A DNA stretch of 42,368 nucleotides, from the IMG/VR virus record IMGVR_UViG_3300033075_000143, positions 1-42,368 of that record. One strand, 5' to 3'. Every line of letters begins with the position of its first letter. Positions within the stretch are counted from its first letter, which is position 1. The stretch comes from a virus. The notes below the pieces were generated by a model, which made no database searches, was not told the DNA's origin, and saw nothing but the letters and a program-made list of their open reading frames with translations. The position numbers and the translations under genes were made by a program. Below are positions 1-8,156 of the stretch, piece after piece.

Positions 1-66
1 GTCGCGCCAGAGCGCCGCTGATCCAGAGAGGCCGTCGCGCCAGAGCGCCGCTGATCCAGAGAGGCC
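1..66. repeat. 33-bp direct tandem repeat GTCGCGCCAGAGCGCCGCTGATCCAGAGAGGCC. Two full copies (1-33, 34-66) and an 11-nt partial copy at 67-77.
   Basis: Read directly from the sequence. An identical 33-mer ends the window at 42336-42368. Confidence 0.95.
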
Positions 67-211
67 GTCGCGCCAGACCGCCATTGAACCGCAGCGCCGC
101 CTCGCGCACGAGGCATTCGACCAGCAATACGCCGACATGCTGTCTAGGCTACAGCGCCGCGACGCGCACGGGGTCGAGCAGATTATTAGCGAGTTTGCTA
201 CAAATGGCTGA
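2..211 (+). CDS. C-terminal part of an ORF that continues from the right end of the window (42157..42368). Hypothetical protein with SRQSAADPERP 11-aa repeats and the tail ...IEPQRRLAHEAFDQQYADMLSRLQRRDAHGVEQIISEFATNG.
   Basis: Frame 2 is open from nt 2 to the TGA at 209-211. This stop overlaps the next gene (ATG 204). The frame stays continuous with 42157..42368 whether or not the 33-nt end duplication is removed, because 33 is a multiple of 3. Confidence 0.5.
   Translation, partial: SRQSAADPERPSRQSAADPERPSRQTAIEPQRRLAHEAFDQQYADMLSRLQRRDAHGVEQIISEFATNG
187..200. promoter_or_regulatory. Operator-like imperfect palindrome TAGCGA-GT-TTGCTA, 3 nt upstream of the ATG at 204.
   Basis: It has the same half-sites as the palindromes at 37878, 39242, 41506 and 41986. 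No convincing -35 lies upstream. Confidence 0.4.
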
Positions 212-737
212 CGACGAGATCACCGACCCGCTCGGCCGCGAGATGCTTGGACTGCCGCCTCTCGACCAGCAGGCGGCCCCAGCGGCCGAACCGCCGAAGC
301 CGATCGAAGACCCGTTCAAGCGCGACAGAGGCGGTTTGTTCGTCAAGGGCGGCCCGAGCGGCCCAGGGCGGCCAAAAGGCACGCGCAACAAGCTGGCGAC
401 GACGTTCTTCGACAACCTCTACGCCGCTTGGCAGGAGCAGGGCGAAAGCGTCATACGCCGCGCCTTCTTCCACGACCCCGTGAAGTCTCTCGGCATCGTC
501 GCGCAGCTCATGCCGTCGAAGATCGAGATATCCGACACCACGCTACAGGACGCAGACGATGACAAGCTCGCAACAATCCTCGACAGACTTGAGCGTATTC
601 GAGATCAGCGAGCACGATCTGCAAAGCCTGTCGGCGGAGGAACAGGAGTTCCTGCTCTCACGCTTGAAGGCCGAGCAGTCGAAACGTCAGTCGACGAACC
701 GTCTCGCGTATTATCGCCCATACCCAAAGCAACATGA
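204..737 (+). CDS. DUF5681-type protein, candidate small terminase subunit.
   Basis: Carries the motif GGLFVKGGPSGPGRPKGTRNK and sits directly upstream of TerL. I take ATG 204 as the start rather than TTG 84, because 84-203 belongs to the upstream ORF in another frame. The last ~130 nt have poor third-position GC and overlap TerL. Confidence 0.6.
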   Translation: MADDEITDPLGREMLGLPPLDQQAAPAAEPPKPIEDPFKRDRGGLFVKGGPSGPGRPKGTRNKLATTFFDNLYAAWQEQGESVIRRAFFHDPVKSLGIVAQLMPSKIEISDTTLQDADDDKLATILDRLERIRDQRARSAKPVGGGTGVPALTLEGRAVETSVDEPSRVLSPIPKAT

Positions 738-2094
738 GTTCCACTGCGCGGGCGCGCAGCCCGTCTACGAGCGGCTGTTCATGGCCGGAAACCAGCTCGG
801 CAAGACGTGGGCTGGCGCGTTCGAGGTGGCTCTGCATCTGACCGGCCGCTACGATCTCTATCGCGGCCCCAACGGCGAAGCGTGGGAAGGGCGGCGCTTA
901 GACAAGCCCGTTACGTGGCTCGCCGGCTCGGAGTCTTCCGAGTTGACGCGCGACGGCGTGCAGCGCCTGCTCATCGGCTCTCCATCCGATGAGAGCGCAT
1001 GGGGAACCGGCGCGATCCCAAAGGAGGCGCTGCTCGATTGGAACCGCAAGCAGGGCGTCCCAAACGCGCTCGACAGCGTGACCGTTAGGCATGTCGCCGG
1101 CACGTCGACACTGCTTTTCAAGTCCTACGACCAGGGCCGCGGCAAATGGCAGGCAAACACCGTCGACGGCGTGTGGTTCGACGAAGAGCCTCCCTTCGAC
1201 GTCTACTCCGAAGGCCGCACCCGCACGACGGCGACGCAAGGCATCGTCCTCGTCACCTTCACGCCGCTGCGCGGCATATCGCAAGTCGTCAAGCGATACC
1301 TCAACGAGCCGAGCGAGCATCGCAAGGTCGTCGTCATGACGATCAGGGATGCCGAGCATATTTCGCCAGAAGACCGCGAGCGTATCATCGCCGGCTACCC
1401 TGCGCACGAACGCGAGGCGCGCGCCAACGGCGTGCCGACGATGGGCGCCGGCGCGGTGTTCCCGATCGCCGACGAAGAGATCACGTGCGATCCGATCCCC
1501 ATTCCCGTGTGGTGGCGGCGGCTCGGCGGGATCGACTTCGGATGGGACCACCCTACCGGCGCCGTCGAGATCGTCCACGACCCCGAGCACGATATCGTCT
1601 ACATCGTTCGCGAGTACCGGCAGAAGCGCAAGACCGCCCAGGAGCACGCCATGACGCTTCTCGGATGGGGCGAAGACTTGCCGTGGGCGTGGCCGCACGA
1701 CGGGCTCCAGCACGACAAGGGAGCGGGCGGCCAGATCAGGAAGCAGTACCGCGACGCGCGGCTCAAAATGCTGCCCGAGCACGCGACCTTCCCCGACGGA
1801 ACGAACAGCGTCGAGGCCGGAAACTTCTTCATGCTCGAACGCATGCAGACAGGCCGCCTCAAGGTGTTCAGGACGTGTCCCCTCTGGCTCGAAGAGAAGC
1901 GCCTCTACCACAGGGAAGAGACAGCCGACGGCGGCTCGAAGCTCGTCAAGATCGACGACGACTTGTTATCGGCTAGCAGATATGCTATTATGATGCTTCG
2001 CAAGGCGCGCATCGTCGAGGCCCGCACGCGATTCGGCGTTCCCGTCAGGGGCGGCGAGCCACGGGTGGCGGAGGGAACCGGCGAGGTGTGGTAG
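559..2094 (+). CDS. terL: Terminase large subunit.
   Basis: 511 aa. N-terminal YYRPYPKQHEFH and MAGNQLGKTW (Walker A-like), plus a C-terminal nuclease-like region. Position and size are typical. The start could instead be TTG 589. Confidence 0.9.
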   Translation: MTSSQQSSTDLSVFEISEHDLQSLSAEEQEFLLSRLKAEQSKRQSTNRLAYYRPYPKQHEFHCAGAQPVYERLFMAGNQLGKTWAGAFEVALHLTGRYDLYRGPNGEAWEGRRLDKPVTWLAGSESSELTRDGVQRLLIGSPSDESAWGTGAIPKEALLDWNRKQGVPNALDSVTVRHVAGTSTLLFKSYDQGRGKWQANTVDGVWFDEEPPFDVYSEGRTRTTATQGIVLVTFTPLRGISQVVKRYLNEPSEHRKVVVMTIRDAEHISPEDRERIIAGYPAHEREARANGVPTMGAGAVFPIADEEITCDPIPIPVWWRRLGGIDFGWDHPTGAVEIVHDPEHDIVYIVREYRQKRKTAQEHAMTLLGWGEDLPWAWPHDGLQHDKGAGGQIRKQYRDARLKMLPEHATFPDGTNSVEAGNFFMLERMQTGRLKVFRTCPLWLEEKRLYHREETADGGSKLVKIDDDLLSASRYAIMMLRKARIVEARTRFGVPVRGGEPRVAEGTGEVW

Positions 2095-2108
2095 CCGCAG
2101 AGGTTTGA

Positions 2109-2321
2109 ATGTCGCTCTTCGATCAGCCCAAGGCTGCGCCTCCCGTCATCATCCCGCCCCCCAAAGTTCCGCAGATCGACGACGCGATCTCGCGGCGCAA
2201 TCAGGAAGATCAGCAGCGCATTCGCAACACCGGCCGCGGCTCGACGCTGCTCGCCGGGACGCGCGGCCTTTCCGATCTCGGCAGCGTTGGCGCTCCGACC
2301 GCAACAGGAGGCGCACAGTGA
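2109..2321 (+). CDS. Hypothetical small protein (70 aa).
   Basis: ORF with the codon bias of its neighbours. Its stop overlaps the next start (GTGA). Confidence 0.5.
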   Translation: MSLFDQPKAAPPVIIPPPKVPQIDDAISRRNQEDQQRIRNTGRGSTLLAGTRGLSDLGSVGAPTATGGAQ

Positions 2322-2578
2322 GCATTCGCAAAATCCTCGCCGCCCGCGGCAAGACGCACGGCGACTTCGGCGAGCACGCGCGGATCACGCAGGCGCTCAA
2401 GGACGTCATGCACGCCAGCGACGGGTGGGCGCGGCTCAACCCGGCACAGCGCGAATCGCTCGAAATGAACGTCCACAAGGTAGGGCGCATCCTCGCCGGC
2501 AACCCCGATCATCGCGACCATTGGGCGGATATCGCGGGCTACGCGCAGCTCGTCGCCGACAGACTGCCCGACGAATGA
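2318..2578 (+). CDS. Small all-alpha phage protein, DUF6378 / MazG-like NTP-pyrophosphohydrolase-type motif.
   Basis: GTG start with AGGAGG 7 nt upstream. Motif RGKTHGDFGEHA...KVGRILAGNPDHRDHWADIAGYAQL. Confidence 0.45.
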   Translation: MSIRKILAARGKTHGDFGEHARITQALKDVMHASDGWARLNPAQRESLEMNVHKVGRILAGNPDHRDHWADIAGYAQLVADRLPDE

Positions 2579-2739
2579 AGGACGATCTGCCCGACCCCCG
2601 TCAGCTCAATCTCGACCTTGGCGACGAGGAAGCGAGCGCGCGGGAATTGCGCGACGTCGCTCTGACGGCGATGTGGGTGTTCGGGTTTCTGATCTTGATG
2701 GTCGCTATCTGCGCCACGGCGCTGTGGAGGCTGACGTGA
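2575..2739 (+). CDS. Small membrane protein (54 aa).
   Basis: ATGA overlap with the previous gene. One hydrophobic helix, LTAMWVFGFLILMVAICATALW. Confidence 0.45.
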   Translation: MKDDLPDPRQLNLDLGDEEASARELRDVALTAMWVFGFLILMVAICATALWRLT

Positions 2740-4349
2740 GCACGGCCAAGGAGCTGATCGACCGCCAGCAGAACATGAAGACCAAGCGCGCTCAGTTCGA
2801 GCGGCAGTGGCACATGATCGGCATGCAAGTCCTGCCGCGCTACGACGACTTCATCAACAAGGCCGTCCAGGGCGCGCGCCGCGACCAGTTCATCTACGAC
2901 AGCACCGCGCCTCTCGCGCTGGAGAGCTTCGCCGCTGCGCTCGAAAGCCTTCTCGTCCCGCGTACACAGTACTGGCACGGCCTCGCGCCGGTCGACAAAA
3001 GCCTGTCGAGCCTCCGCGTGCGGCGTTTCAACGAAGACGTTCGCGCGTTCATGTTCGCCGCGCGCTACTCGCCCTACGCCAACTTCGCCTCTCAAATCCA
3101 AGAAGTCTTTCTGGAGCTTGGAGCTTTCGGCACCGGTATCATGTTCATTGAAGACGCCCGTAACCGTGGCGTCTGCTACCACACGATCCCGCTCGCCGAA
3201 GCCTTCATTGCGCAGAACGCGCAGGGCTTCGTCGACACGATGTTCCGGCGCTACGAACTGTCGGCGCGCGCGGCCTACCAGCGTTGGGGCGAGCGTCTGC
3301 CCGAAGCGATCCGCAAGTGGGTCGAGAAGGAACCGGATCGCACGTTCGAGTTCCTGCACGTCGCCATGCCTAACGAAGACGTCAAGCGCGGTTCGCGCAC
3401 GTTCCGGGGCATGAATATCGCGTCGTTCGATATCTCTGTAGAGGGGTCGGCGGAGCTTTCGGTCGGCGGCTTCCGCACCATGCCCTACGCCGTCTCGCGC
3501 TACACGACTGCGGCGCGCGAGGTCTACGGCCGTTCTCCTGCGCAGATGGCGCTCGCCGATATTCGCTCGCTCAACGAAATGGCGAAGACGAACCTGCGCG
3601 TAGGCCAGCTCATCGCCGACGCACCGATCCTGACGAGCGACGTCGACGCCCTGTCGCCCTTCTCCATGAAGCCAGGCGCCATAAACGCCGGCTATCTCAA
3701 CGAGCGCGGCGACCAGCTCGCCAAGCGCATGGAGCCGGTAGGCGATCCGCGGATCACGCTCGAAATGGAGAACCAGCGGCGCGAGACGATCAACCGTTCG
3801 TTCCTCGTGACGCTCTTCCAAATCCTGATCGACACGCCGCAGATGACGGCGACCGAAGTGCTGGAGCGCGCGCAGGAAAAGGGAGCCCTGCTCGCGCCGA
3901 CGATCGGCCGCCAGCAGTCGGAATTGCTCGGCCCGATGATCGAGCGCGAGCTGGATATCCACTGGCACGCCGGCCGCATCCCGCAACCGCCCGAGGAGCT
4001 TATGGCGCGCGGCGGGCTCAAGATCGAATATTCCTCGCCGCTCGACCGCGCGATGCGGGCGGAAGAAGGCGTAGGCATCCTGCGCACGATCGAGGCCGTC
4101 AAGCCGATCGCAGATATCGACCCCACGGTGCTGCGCAAGTTCAATTGGGAGCGCACTGTCGACACGCTGGCCGAAGTCAACGGCATGCCTGTCCGGTGCC
4201 TCAACACCGAAGACGAAATGGCCGCCAAGGCGCAGCAGGAGCAGCAGGCGCAGGCCGTGCAGCAGCTCACGGAGCTTGCGCCCCAGGCGGCGGCCGCGGC
4301 GAAGAACATGGCGCAGGCGCAGGCCGTCGCGCGGCAACCGGGGTTCTGA
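2736..4349 (+). CDS. Portal (head-tail connector) protein, podovirus type.
   Basis: About 537 aa, with a GTGA overlap start. N-terminal ...RAQFERQWHMIGMQVLPRYDDF... and a Q/A-rich C-terminal tail. Located after TerL. Confidence 0.85.
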   Translation: MSTAKELIDRQQNMKTKRAQFERQWHMIGMQVLPRYDDFINKAVQGARRDQFIYDSTAPLALESFAAALESLLVPRTQYWHGLAPVDKSLSSLRVRRFNEDVRAFMFAARYSPYANFASQIQEVFLELGAFGTGIMFIEDARNRGVCYHTIPLAEAFIAQNAQGFVDTMFRRYELSARAAYQRWGERLPEAIRKWVEKEPDRTFEFLHVAMPNEDVKRGSRTFRGMNIASFDISVEGSAELSVGGFRTMPYAVSRYTTAAREVYGRSPAQMALADIRSLNEMAKTNLRVGQLIADAPILTSDVDALSPFSMKPGAINAGYLNERGDQLAKRMEPVGDPRITLEMENQRRETINRSFLVTLFQILIDTPQMTATEVLERAQEKGALLAPTIGRQQSELLGPMIERELDIHWHAGRIPQPPEELMARGGLKIEYSSPLDRAMRAEEGVGILRTIEAVKPIADIDPTVLRKFNWERTVDTLAEVNGMPVRCLNTEDEMAAKAQQEQQAQAVQQLTELAPQAAAAAKNMAQAQAVARQPGF

Positions 4350-4350
4350 C

Positions 4351-4611
4351 GTGGCCGATATTTTTCTCCCGCCGCAGATCGCCGTCCAGCTTCCACAGGC
4401 GCTCGACGCTCTCGCCCGCAAGGCGGAGCGCGGCGAGGTGCGGACATTCCACATCGTCTACGTCGACGAACGCGGGCAAGCACACGAAGCGTTCAAGCTC
4501 GACCCGACGCGCGGCAACCGCGATCTCAACATCATCGGCAACGTCATGATCGACCGCGTGGAGAAGTTCTCGGCGTTCGTCGACTCGAAGCAGAAAATTC
4601 ACACCGCATGA
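4351..4611 (+). CDS. Hypothetical protein (86 aa).
   Basis: GTG start 2 nt after the portal stop. Confidence 0.5.
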   Translation: MADIFLPPQIAVQLPQALDALARKAERGEVRTFHIVYVDERGQAHEAFKLDPTRGNRDLNIIGNVMIDRVEKFSAFVDSKQKIHTA

Positions 4612-4850
4612 GATTCAACGACCCGACGTGGGATCGCCCCGAGAACGCGATGGGCCGCAGGCACAAGGAGCTTGAGGCCGACGAGGTGCGCGCTTTCGGC
4701 GTCGTCACTGTCGACGCGGACGGCAAGGTGAACGTCGATTGGTGGGCGGCCGATGAAGATACGCCGCTTGTCGCTTCTGGCGCGAAGGCGCTGGAGCAAA
4801 GCATGTTGGCGCGTGCCGTGCTCGCCGCCGAACCCGCGGGCCGCGCGTGA
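4608..4850 (+). CDS. Hypothetical protein (80 aa).
   Basis: ATGA overlap start. Confidence 0.5.
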   Translation: MRFNDPTWDRPENAMGRRHKELEADEVRAFGVVTVDADGKVNVDWWAADEDTPLVASGAKALEQSMLARAVLAAEPAGRA

Positions 4851-5119
4851 GCGCGCAGCACTATTCGCGCAAGCAGCTCGCGCTCCGGCGGCTCCTGACG
4901 GACGGCCGCGGCGGTCTCAACGCCGATGCGAAATGTCTCGTCGCCGATCTACGCCGCTTCTGCAAGGCGGGCAGGACGACACAGTACAGCCCCGTCACGG
5001 GCGCGGTCGACGTCAATGCGACCATGATCGCTCTCGGCAGGCAGGAAGTGTTCGAGCGGCTGGAGCGTATGCTGCTCGTCGACAAGATCGAGATATTGAC
5101 CGCTTCGGAGGATGATTGA
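4847..5119 (+). CDS. Hypothetical head-module protein, possibly Bbp19-like.
   Basis: GTGA overlap start. The resemblance to Bordetella phage BPP-1 Bbp19-type proteins is from memory only. Confidence 0.45.
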   Translation: MSAQHYSRKQLALRRLLTDGRGGLNADAKCLVADLRRFCKAGRTTQYSPVTGAVDVNATMIALGRQEVFERLERMLLVDKIEILTASEDD

Positions 5120-6090
5120 TGCGGAAGTTCTTCTTTCTCTCCACGACGTTCTTCGTTCGTGAAGGCGAGGCCGGCGGCGCGGGCGGCGCGGGCGGTGCGG
5201 GCGGCGCGGGCGGTGCGGGCGCCGGCGGTGCGGGCGCGGGCGGTGCGGGCGCCGGCGGTGCGGCGCTCGCGGGCAAGATGGAAGGCGGCGGACAGCAGCC
5301 GACCACAGGGGACGACAGCGGAGACGCGCCGTGGTATTCGACCCTGCCGACAGAGCAGCACGCCCTGATCCAGACGAAGGGCTGGAAGGACGCAGGCGCA
5401 GTCGTCGAGAGCTACACGAATCTAGAGAAGCTGTTCGGGGCCGATCGCGCTGGCCGCACCGTCACCATACCTACCGACAAGTCGACGCCCGAAGAGATCG
5501 CCGCCTTCCACACGAAGCTCGGCGTGCCCGACAAGGCCGAAGGTTATGAAATCAAGATCGCCGAAGGCGTCGACCCGACCTTCTCGAAGATGATGGCGGC
5601 GGCCATGAAAGACGCCGGCATTCCGAAGGGCGCGGGCGAGAAACTGGCGGCGGTTTATCAGCAGCAGGAGGCCGCGGCGACGACGGCGTTCCTCGCACAG
5701 AGCGACGCCGACATGCGGGCGCTCCAGACCGAATGGGGCGCCGACTTCGACGCGAAGCTGGAGACCGCCGGGCGCGGCGCGGCGGCGCTCGGCCTCAAGG
5801 ACCGGGCGCTGCGCGATAAGCTGGAGCGCGCGGTCGGCACGAAGACGCTCCTGACGTGGGCGCACATGGTCGGCGAAATGACGTCCGAGCACGGCGGCCC
5901 GCGCCTCGGGTCGGACGGTAGCAAGTCTGCTACTTTCACCTTGACAAAGGAAAGCGCCCAAGCCAAGGTGGAGGCGCTTACGAAGGATTCCGAGTTCCAG
6001 TCCCGTCTCCAGTCGCCCAACGCGAAGGTTCGCGACAAGGCGATGATCGAATGGGAAGAGGCGCACAAGCAGCGCGCGGCGTTCGGATAG
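5119..6090 (+). CDS. Scaffolding protein with an N-terminal Gly/Ala repeat.
   Basis: ATG 5119 has GGAGG 6 nt upstream and a TGATG overlap with the previous gene. The protein is helical and charged, sits directly before the major capsid gene, and has the C-terminal ...DKAMIEWEEAHKQRAAFG. Confidence 0.65.
   Translation: MRKFFFLSTTFFVREGEAGGAGGAGGAGGAGGAGAGGAGAGGAGAGGAALAGKMEGGGQQPTTGDDSGDAPWYSTLPTEQHALIQTKGWKDAGAVVESYTNLEKLFGADRAGRTVTIPTDKSTPEEIAAFHTKLGVPDKAEGYEIKIAEGVDPTFSKMMAAAMKDAGIPKGAGEKLAAVYQQQEAAATTAFLAQSDADMRALQTEWGADFDAKLETAGRGAAALGLKDRALRDKLERAVGTKTLLTWAHMVGEMTSEHGGPRLGSDGSKSATFTLTKESAQAKVEALTKDSEFQSRLQSPNAKVRDKAMIEWEEAHKQRAAFG
5173..5262. repeat. In-frame GGCGGYGCG 9-bp tandem repeat (x5), followed by 15-bp GGCGCS-GGCGGTGCG units. 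Encodes (GGA)n / (GAGGA)n.
   Basis: Read directly from the sequence. Confidence 0.9.
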
Positions 6091-6154
6091 TCCTTTAGCG
6101 GCCTGCCGCCCCGGCCAGACAACCGCGAACCCCTGAAACACAGAGGATCGCGCC

Positions 6155-7060
6155 ATGTCTTTCCAGGTGCCTACCCATTTCGTCCAGGCCTACACCACCA
6201 ACGTCATGATGCTGCTCCAGCAGAAGGGCGGCAAGTTTCAGGACGCCGTTATGACCGGCTCCTACACCGGCAAGGGCGCGAAGGCCGTCGAGCAGATCGG
6301 CGCCGTCAAGCCGGTGAAGAACCTGTCGCGTCACAGCGACACGCCGCTGATCTCGACCCCCGCGGACGCTCGTTGGGTCTATCCCAACGACTACGAATGG
6401 GCCGATCTGATCGACAATCAGGACCGGCTGCGCATGCTGATCGACCCGACTTCGGGCTACGTCCAGAACGCCGTCACGGCGATGCGCCGCGCGCAGGACG
6501 ACGAAGTGCTCCAGGCGTTCTTCGCCGCGGCCAACACGGGCGAGAACGGCACCACGTCGACGGCTTTCCCCGGCGGACAGGCGGTCGGCGTCAATGTCGG
6601 CGGCACGTCGTCGAACATGAACGTCGCGAAGCTGCGCGCGGCCAAGCGCCTGTTCATGGCGGCCGGCACCGATCTCGAAGAGGAAAAGCTCTTCTGCGGG
6701 ATCACCGCGGCCGATCACGACGGCCTGCTCAACGAAATTCAGGTCACGAACCTGGACTTCAACAACCGTCCGACGCTCGTCGAGGGCAAGGTAACGGACT
6801 TCATGGGCTTCAACTTCAAGCATGTCGAGTTCTCCGACACCGCCTCCTATGACGCCGCGGCGACGCTCGTCTCGGGCGGCAACCGGCTGTGCCCCGCGTG
6901 GGCGCGCAGCGGCATGCACCTCGGCATGTGGAGCGACGTCGAAGTCCGCGTCGACCCTCGTCCCGACAAGCGCTACGCGACGCAGTGCTACGCGAAGACC
7001 ACGATCGGCGCGACCCGCACCGAAGAGAAGCGTGTCGTCCAGATCACGACCACCGGCTAA
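6155..7060 (+). CDS. Major capsid protein.
   Basis: 301 aa and follows the scaffold gene. A strong hairpin lies downstream. The sequence style is that of HK97-fold podovirus capsid proteins. Confidence 0.85.
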   Translation: MSFQVPTHFVQAYTTNVMMLLQQKGGKFQDAVMTGSYTGKGAKAVEQIGAVKPVKNLSRHSDTPLISTPADARWVYPNDYEWADLIDNQDRLRMLIDPTSGYVQNAVTAMRRAQDDEVLQAFFAAANTGENGTTSTAFPGGQAVGVNVGGTSSNMNVAKLRAAKRLFMAAGTDLEEEKLFCGITAADHDGLLNEIQVTNLDFNNRPTLVEGKVTDFMGFNFKHVEFSDTASYDAAATLVSGGNRLCPAWARSGMHLGMWSDVEVRVDPRPDKRYATQCYAKTTIGATRTEEKRVVQITTTG

Positions 7061-7062
7061 CA

Positions 7063-7086
7063 GGCGCGGCGCTTCGGCGCCGCGCC
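7063..7086 (+). terminator. Stem-loop GGCGCGGCGC-TTCG-GCGCCGCGCC followed by CTTCGTTTC. Intrinsic terminator or attenuator after the capsid gene.
   Basis: 10-bp perfect stem with a TTCG loop, followed by a partial T-tract. Confidence 0.6.
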
Positions 7087-7127
7087 CTTCGTTTCAATAG
7101 GCGCGCTGCGCCGCATCGGAGGCTTCA

Positions 7128-7601
7128 ATGGCCGATCTCTATTCCGCCCTGATCACGGGCGAATCTCTCAAGCCCGTCATCAAGCCGTCGTCGAGCAAGT
7201 ACGGCGGCCGGCAGGCGCTCTATCGCGCGATCATCAACATGGCCGCCGCGACCACGACGACCGGCTCTGGCTCCGACACGCAGGCCGTCACCACGTCCGA
7301 CAACGTGCTGCTCTGCCGCATCCCCGCCGGCTATTCGTTCAAGTGCGGCTGGATGACGACCGACACTTCGCTCGGCTCCGCCGTCGTGGCGATCGGCACG
7401 AACAAGTCGCACGCCTCCAACGGCCAGTTCCGCGCGGCGGCGACCTTCACGGCGACCGACACGCCGACGCCGTTCGGCAAGGCTTCGGCGCTGGCGGCCT
7501 CCCACTTCACGGCCGACACGTCCGTCTATCTGACGTGCGCGACCGCGAACCTCCCGACGTCGGGCACCCTCGTGATCGATATCGAGGTTGCGCGCCAGTA
7601 A
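7128..7601 (+). CDS. Head decoration / cement protein candidate.
   Basis: 157 aa, Thr/Ala/Ser-rich with a beta-type composition. Lies directly after the capsid gene, like BPP-1 cement protein. GGAGG RBS. Confidence 0.5.
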   Translation: MADLYSALITGESLKPVIKPSSSKYGGRQALYRAIINMAAATTTTGSGSDTQAVTTSDNVLLCRIPAGYSFKCGWMTTDTSLGSAVVAIGTNKSHASNGQFRAAATFTATDTPTPFGKASALAASHFTADTSVYLTCATANLPTSGTLVIDIEVARQ

Positions 7602-7648
7602 CCCGCAGGGCTCTTACTCCCGCCCTGCCTGGGCGCTCTGCGCAACTC

Positions 7649-7670
7649 GACGCGGCCTACGGGCCGCGTC
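7649..7670 (+). terminator. Hairpin GACGCGGCC-TACG-GGCCGCGTC followed by TCCTTG.
   Basis: 9-bp stem with only a weak T-tract. Confidence 0.4.
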
Positions 7671-7692
7671 TCCTTGAACCCGGAGGCGCGCA

Positions 7693-7896
7693 ATGGCGCA
7701 GCACCAGTACGACGCCGTGAACGATGATTCGGTGGAGAACATCGTCGCCAATCAGTCGAGCGGGTCGTCGATCAGCACGTCCGCCGTGCGCCTGACGATC
7801 GACGATTCCAACTGCCGCACGAAGGAAGAGGCCGTAAACCTGATCGAGAAGATCAGGCAGGCGGTCATCAAGGGCGTGTGGCCGCCGACGCCGTAA
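7693..7896 (+). CDS. Hypothetical protein (67 aa).
   Basis: GGAGG RBS 7 nt upstream. Confidence 0.5.
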   Translation: MAQHQYDAVNDDSVENIVANQSSGSSISTSAVRLTIDDSNCRTKEEAVNLIEKIRQAVIKGVWPPTP

Positions 7897-7907
7897 GGAA
7901 CTGACGC

Positions 7908-8156
7908 ATGGCTACTCAAGGCGTTCATGGGCTCCAGTCTGCGGACGACGCCTTCCCCGTCACGCCGAATGACGGCGCGGACATTTCGGTCGAGAGCCGC
8001 GCCATCGTCGCGGCGGCGGCCGGCAACGTCCAGGTGACGATGAAGAGCGGCACGACGCTCGTCATTCCTGTCGCGGCCGGCGTGCCGATCCCGATCCGCG
8101 TCACGCGTATCTGGAGCACGAACACGACCGCCACCGGCATTGTGGTGCTCGTGTGA
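7908..8156 (+). CDS. Head spike base-like protein (RcGTA Rcc01079-type).
   Basis: 82 aa. The pattern VTPNDGADI...AAAAGNVQVTMKSGTTLVIPVAAGVPIPIRVTRIWSTNTTATGIVVLV matches my memory of the spike-base family. Confidence 0.5.
   Translation: MATQGVHGLQSADDAFPVTPNDGADISVESRAIVAAAAGNVQVTMKSGTTLVIPVAAGVPIPIRVTRIWSTNTTATGIVVLV

Noticed and set aside
84-203. TTG-initiated N-terminal extension of the small-terminase-like ORF.
   Set aside because: The extension is Ser/Thr/Arg-rich junk. The same nucleotides read well in frame 2 as the C-terminus of the wrap-around ORF, and ATG 204 is coupled to that ORF's stop.
2601-4454. 617-aa ORF antisense to the portal gene. Similar long antisense or off-frame ORFs occur at 898..1911, 6095..6919, 12112..13257, 14798..16018, 19570..20700 and 21433..22803.
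   Set aside because: All are Arg/Ala/Gly-rich and lie opposite or out of frame to genes with clear motifs. They are what a roughly two-thirds-GC genome produces by chance.
5173-5262. A CRISPR-like array. The same was considered for 39921-40172 and 1-66.
   Set aside because: The units are contiguous tandem repeats with no spacers, and they are translated in frame within genes.
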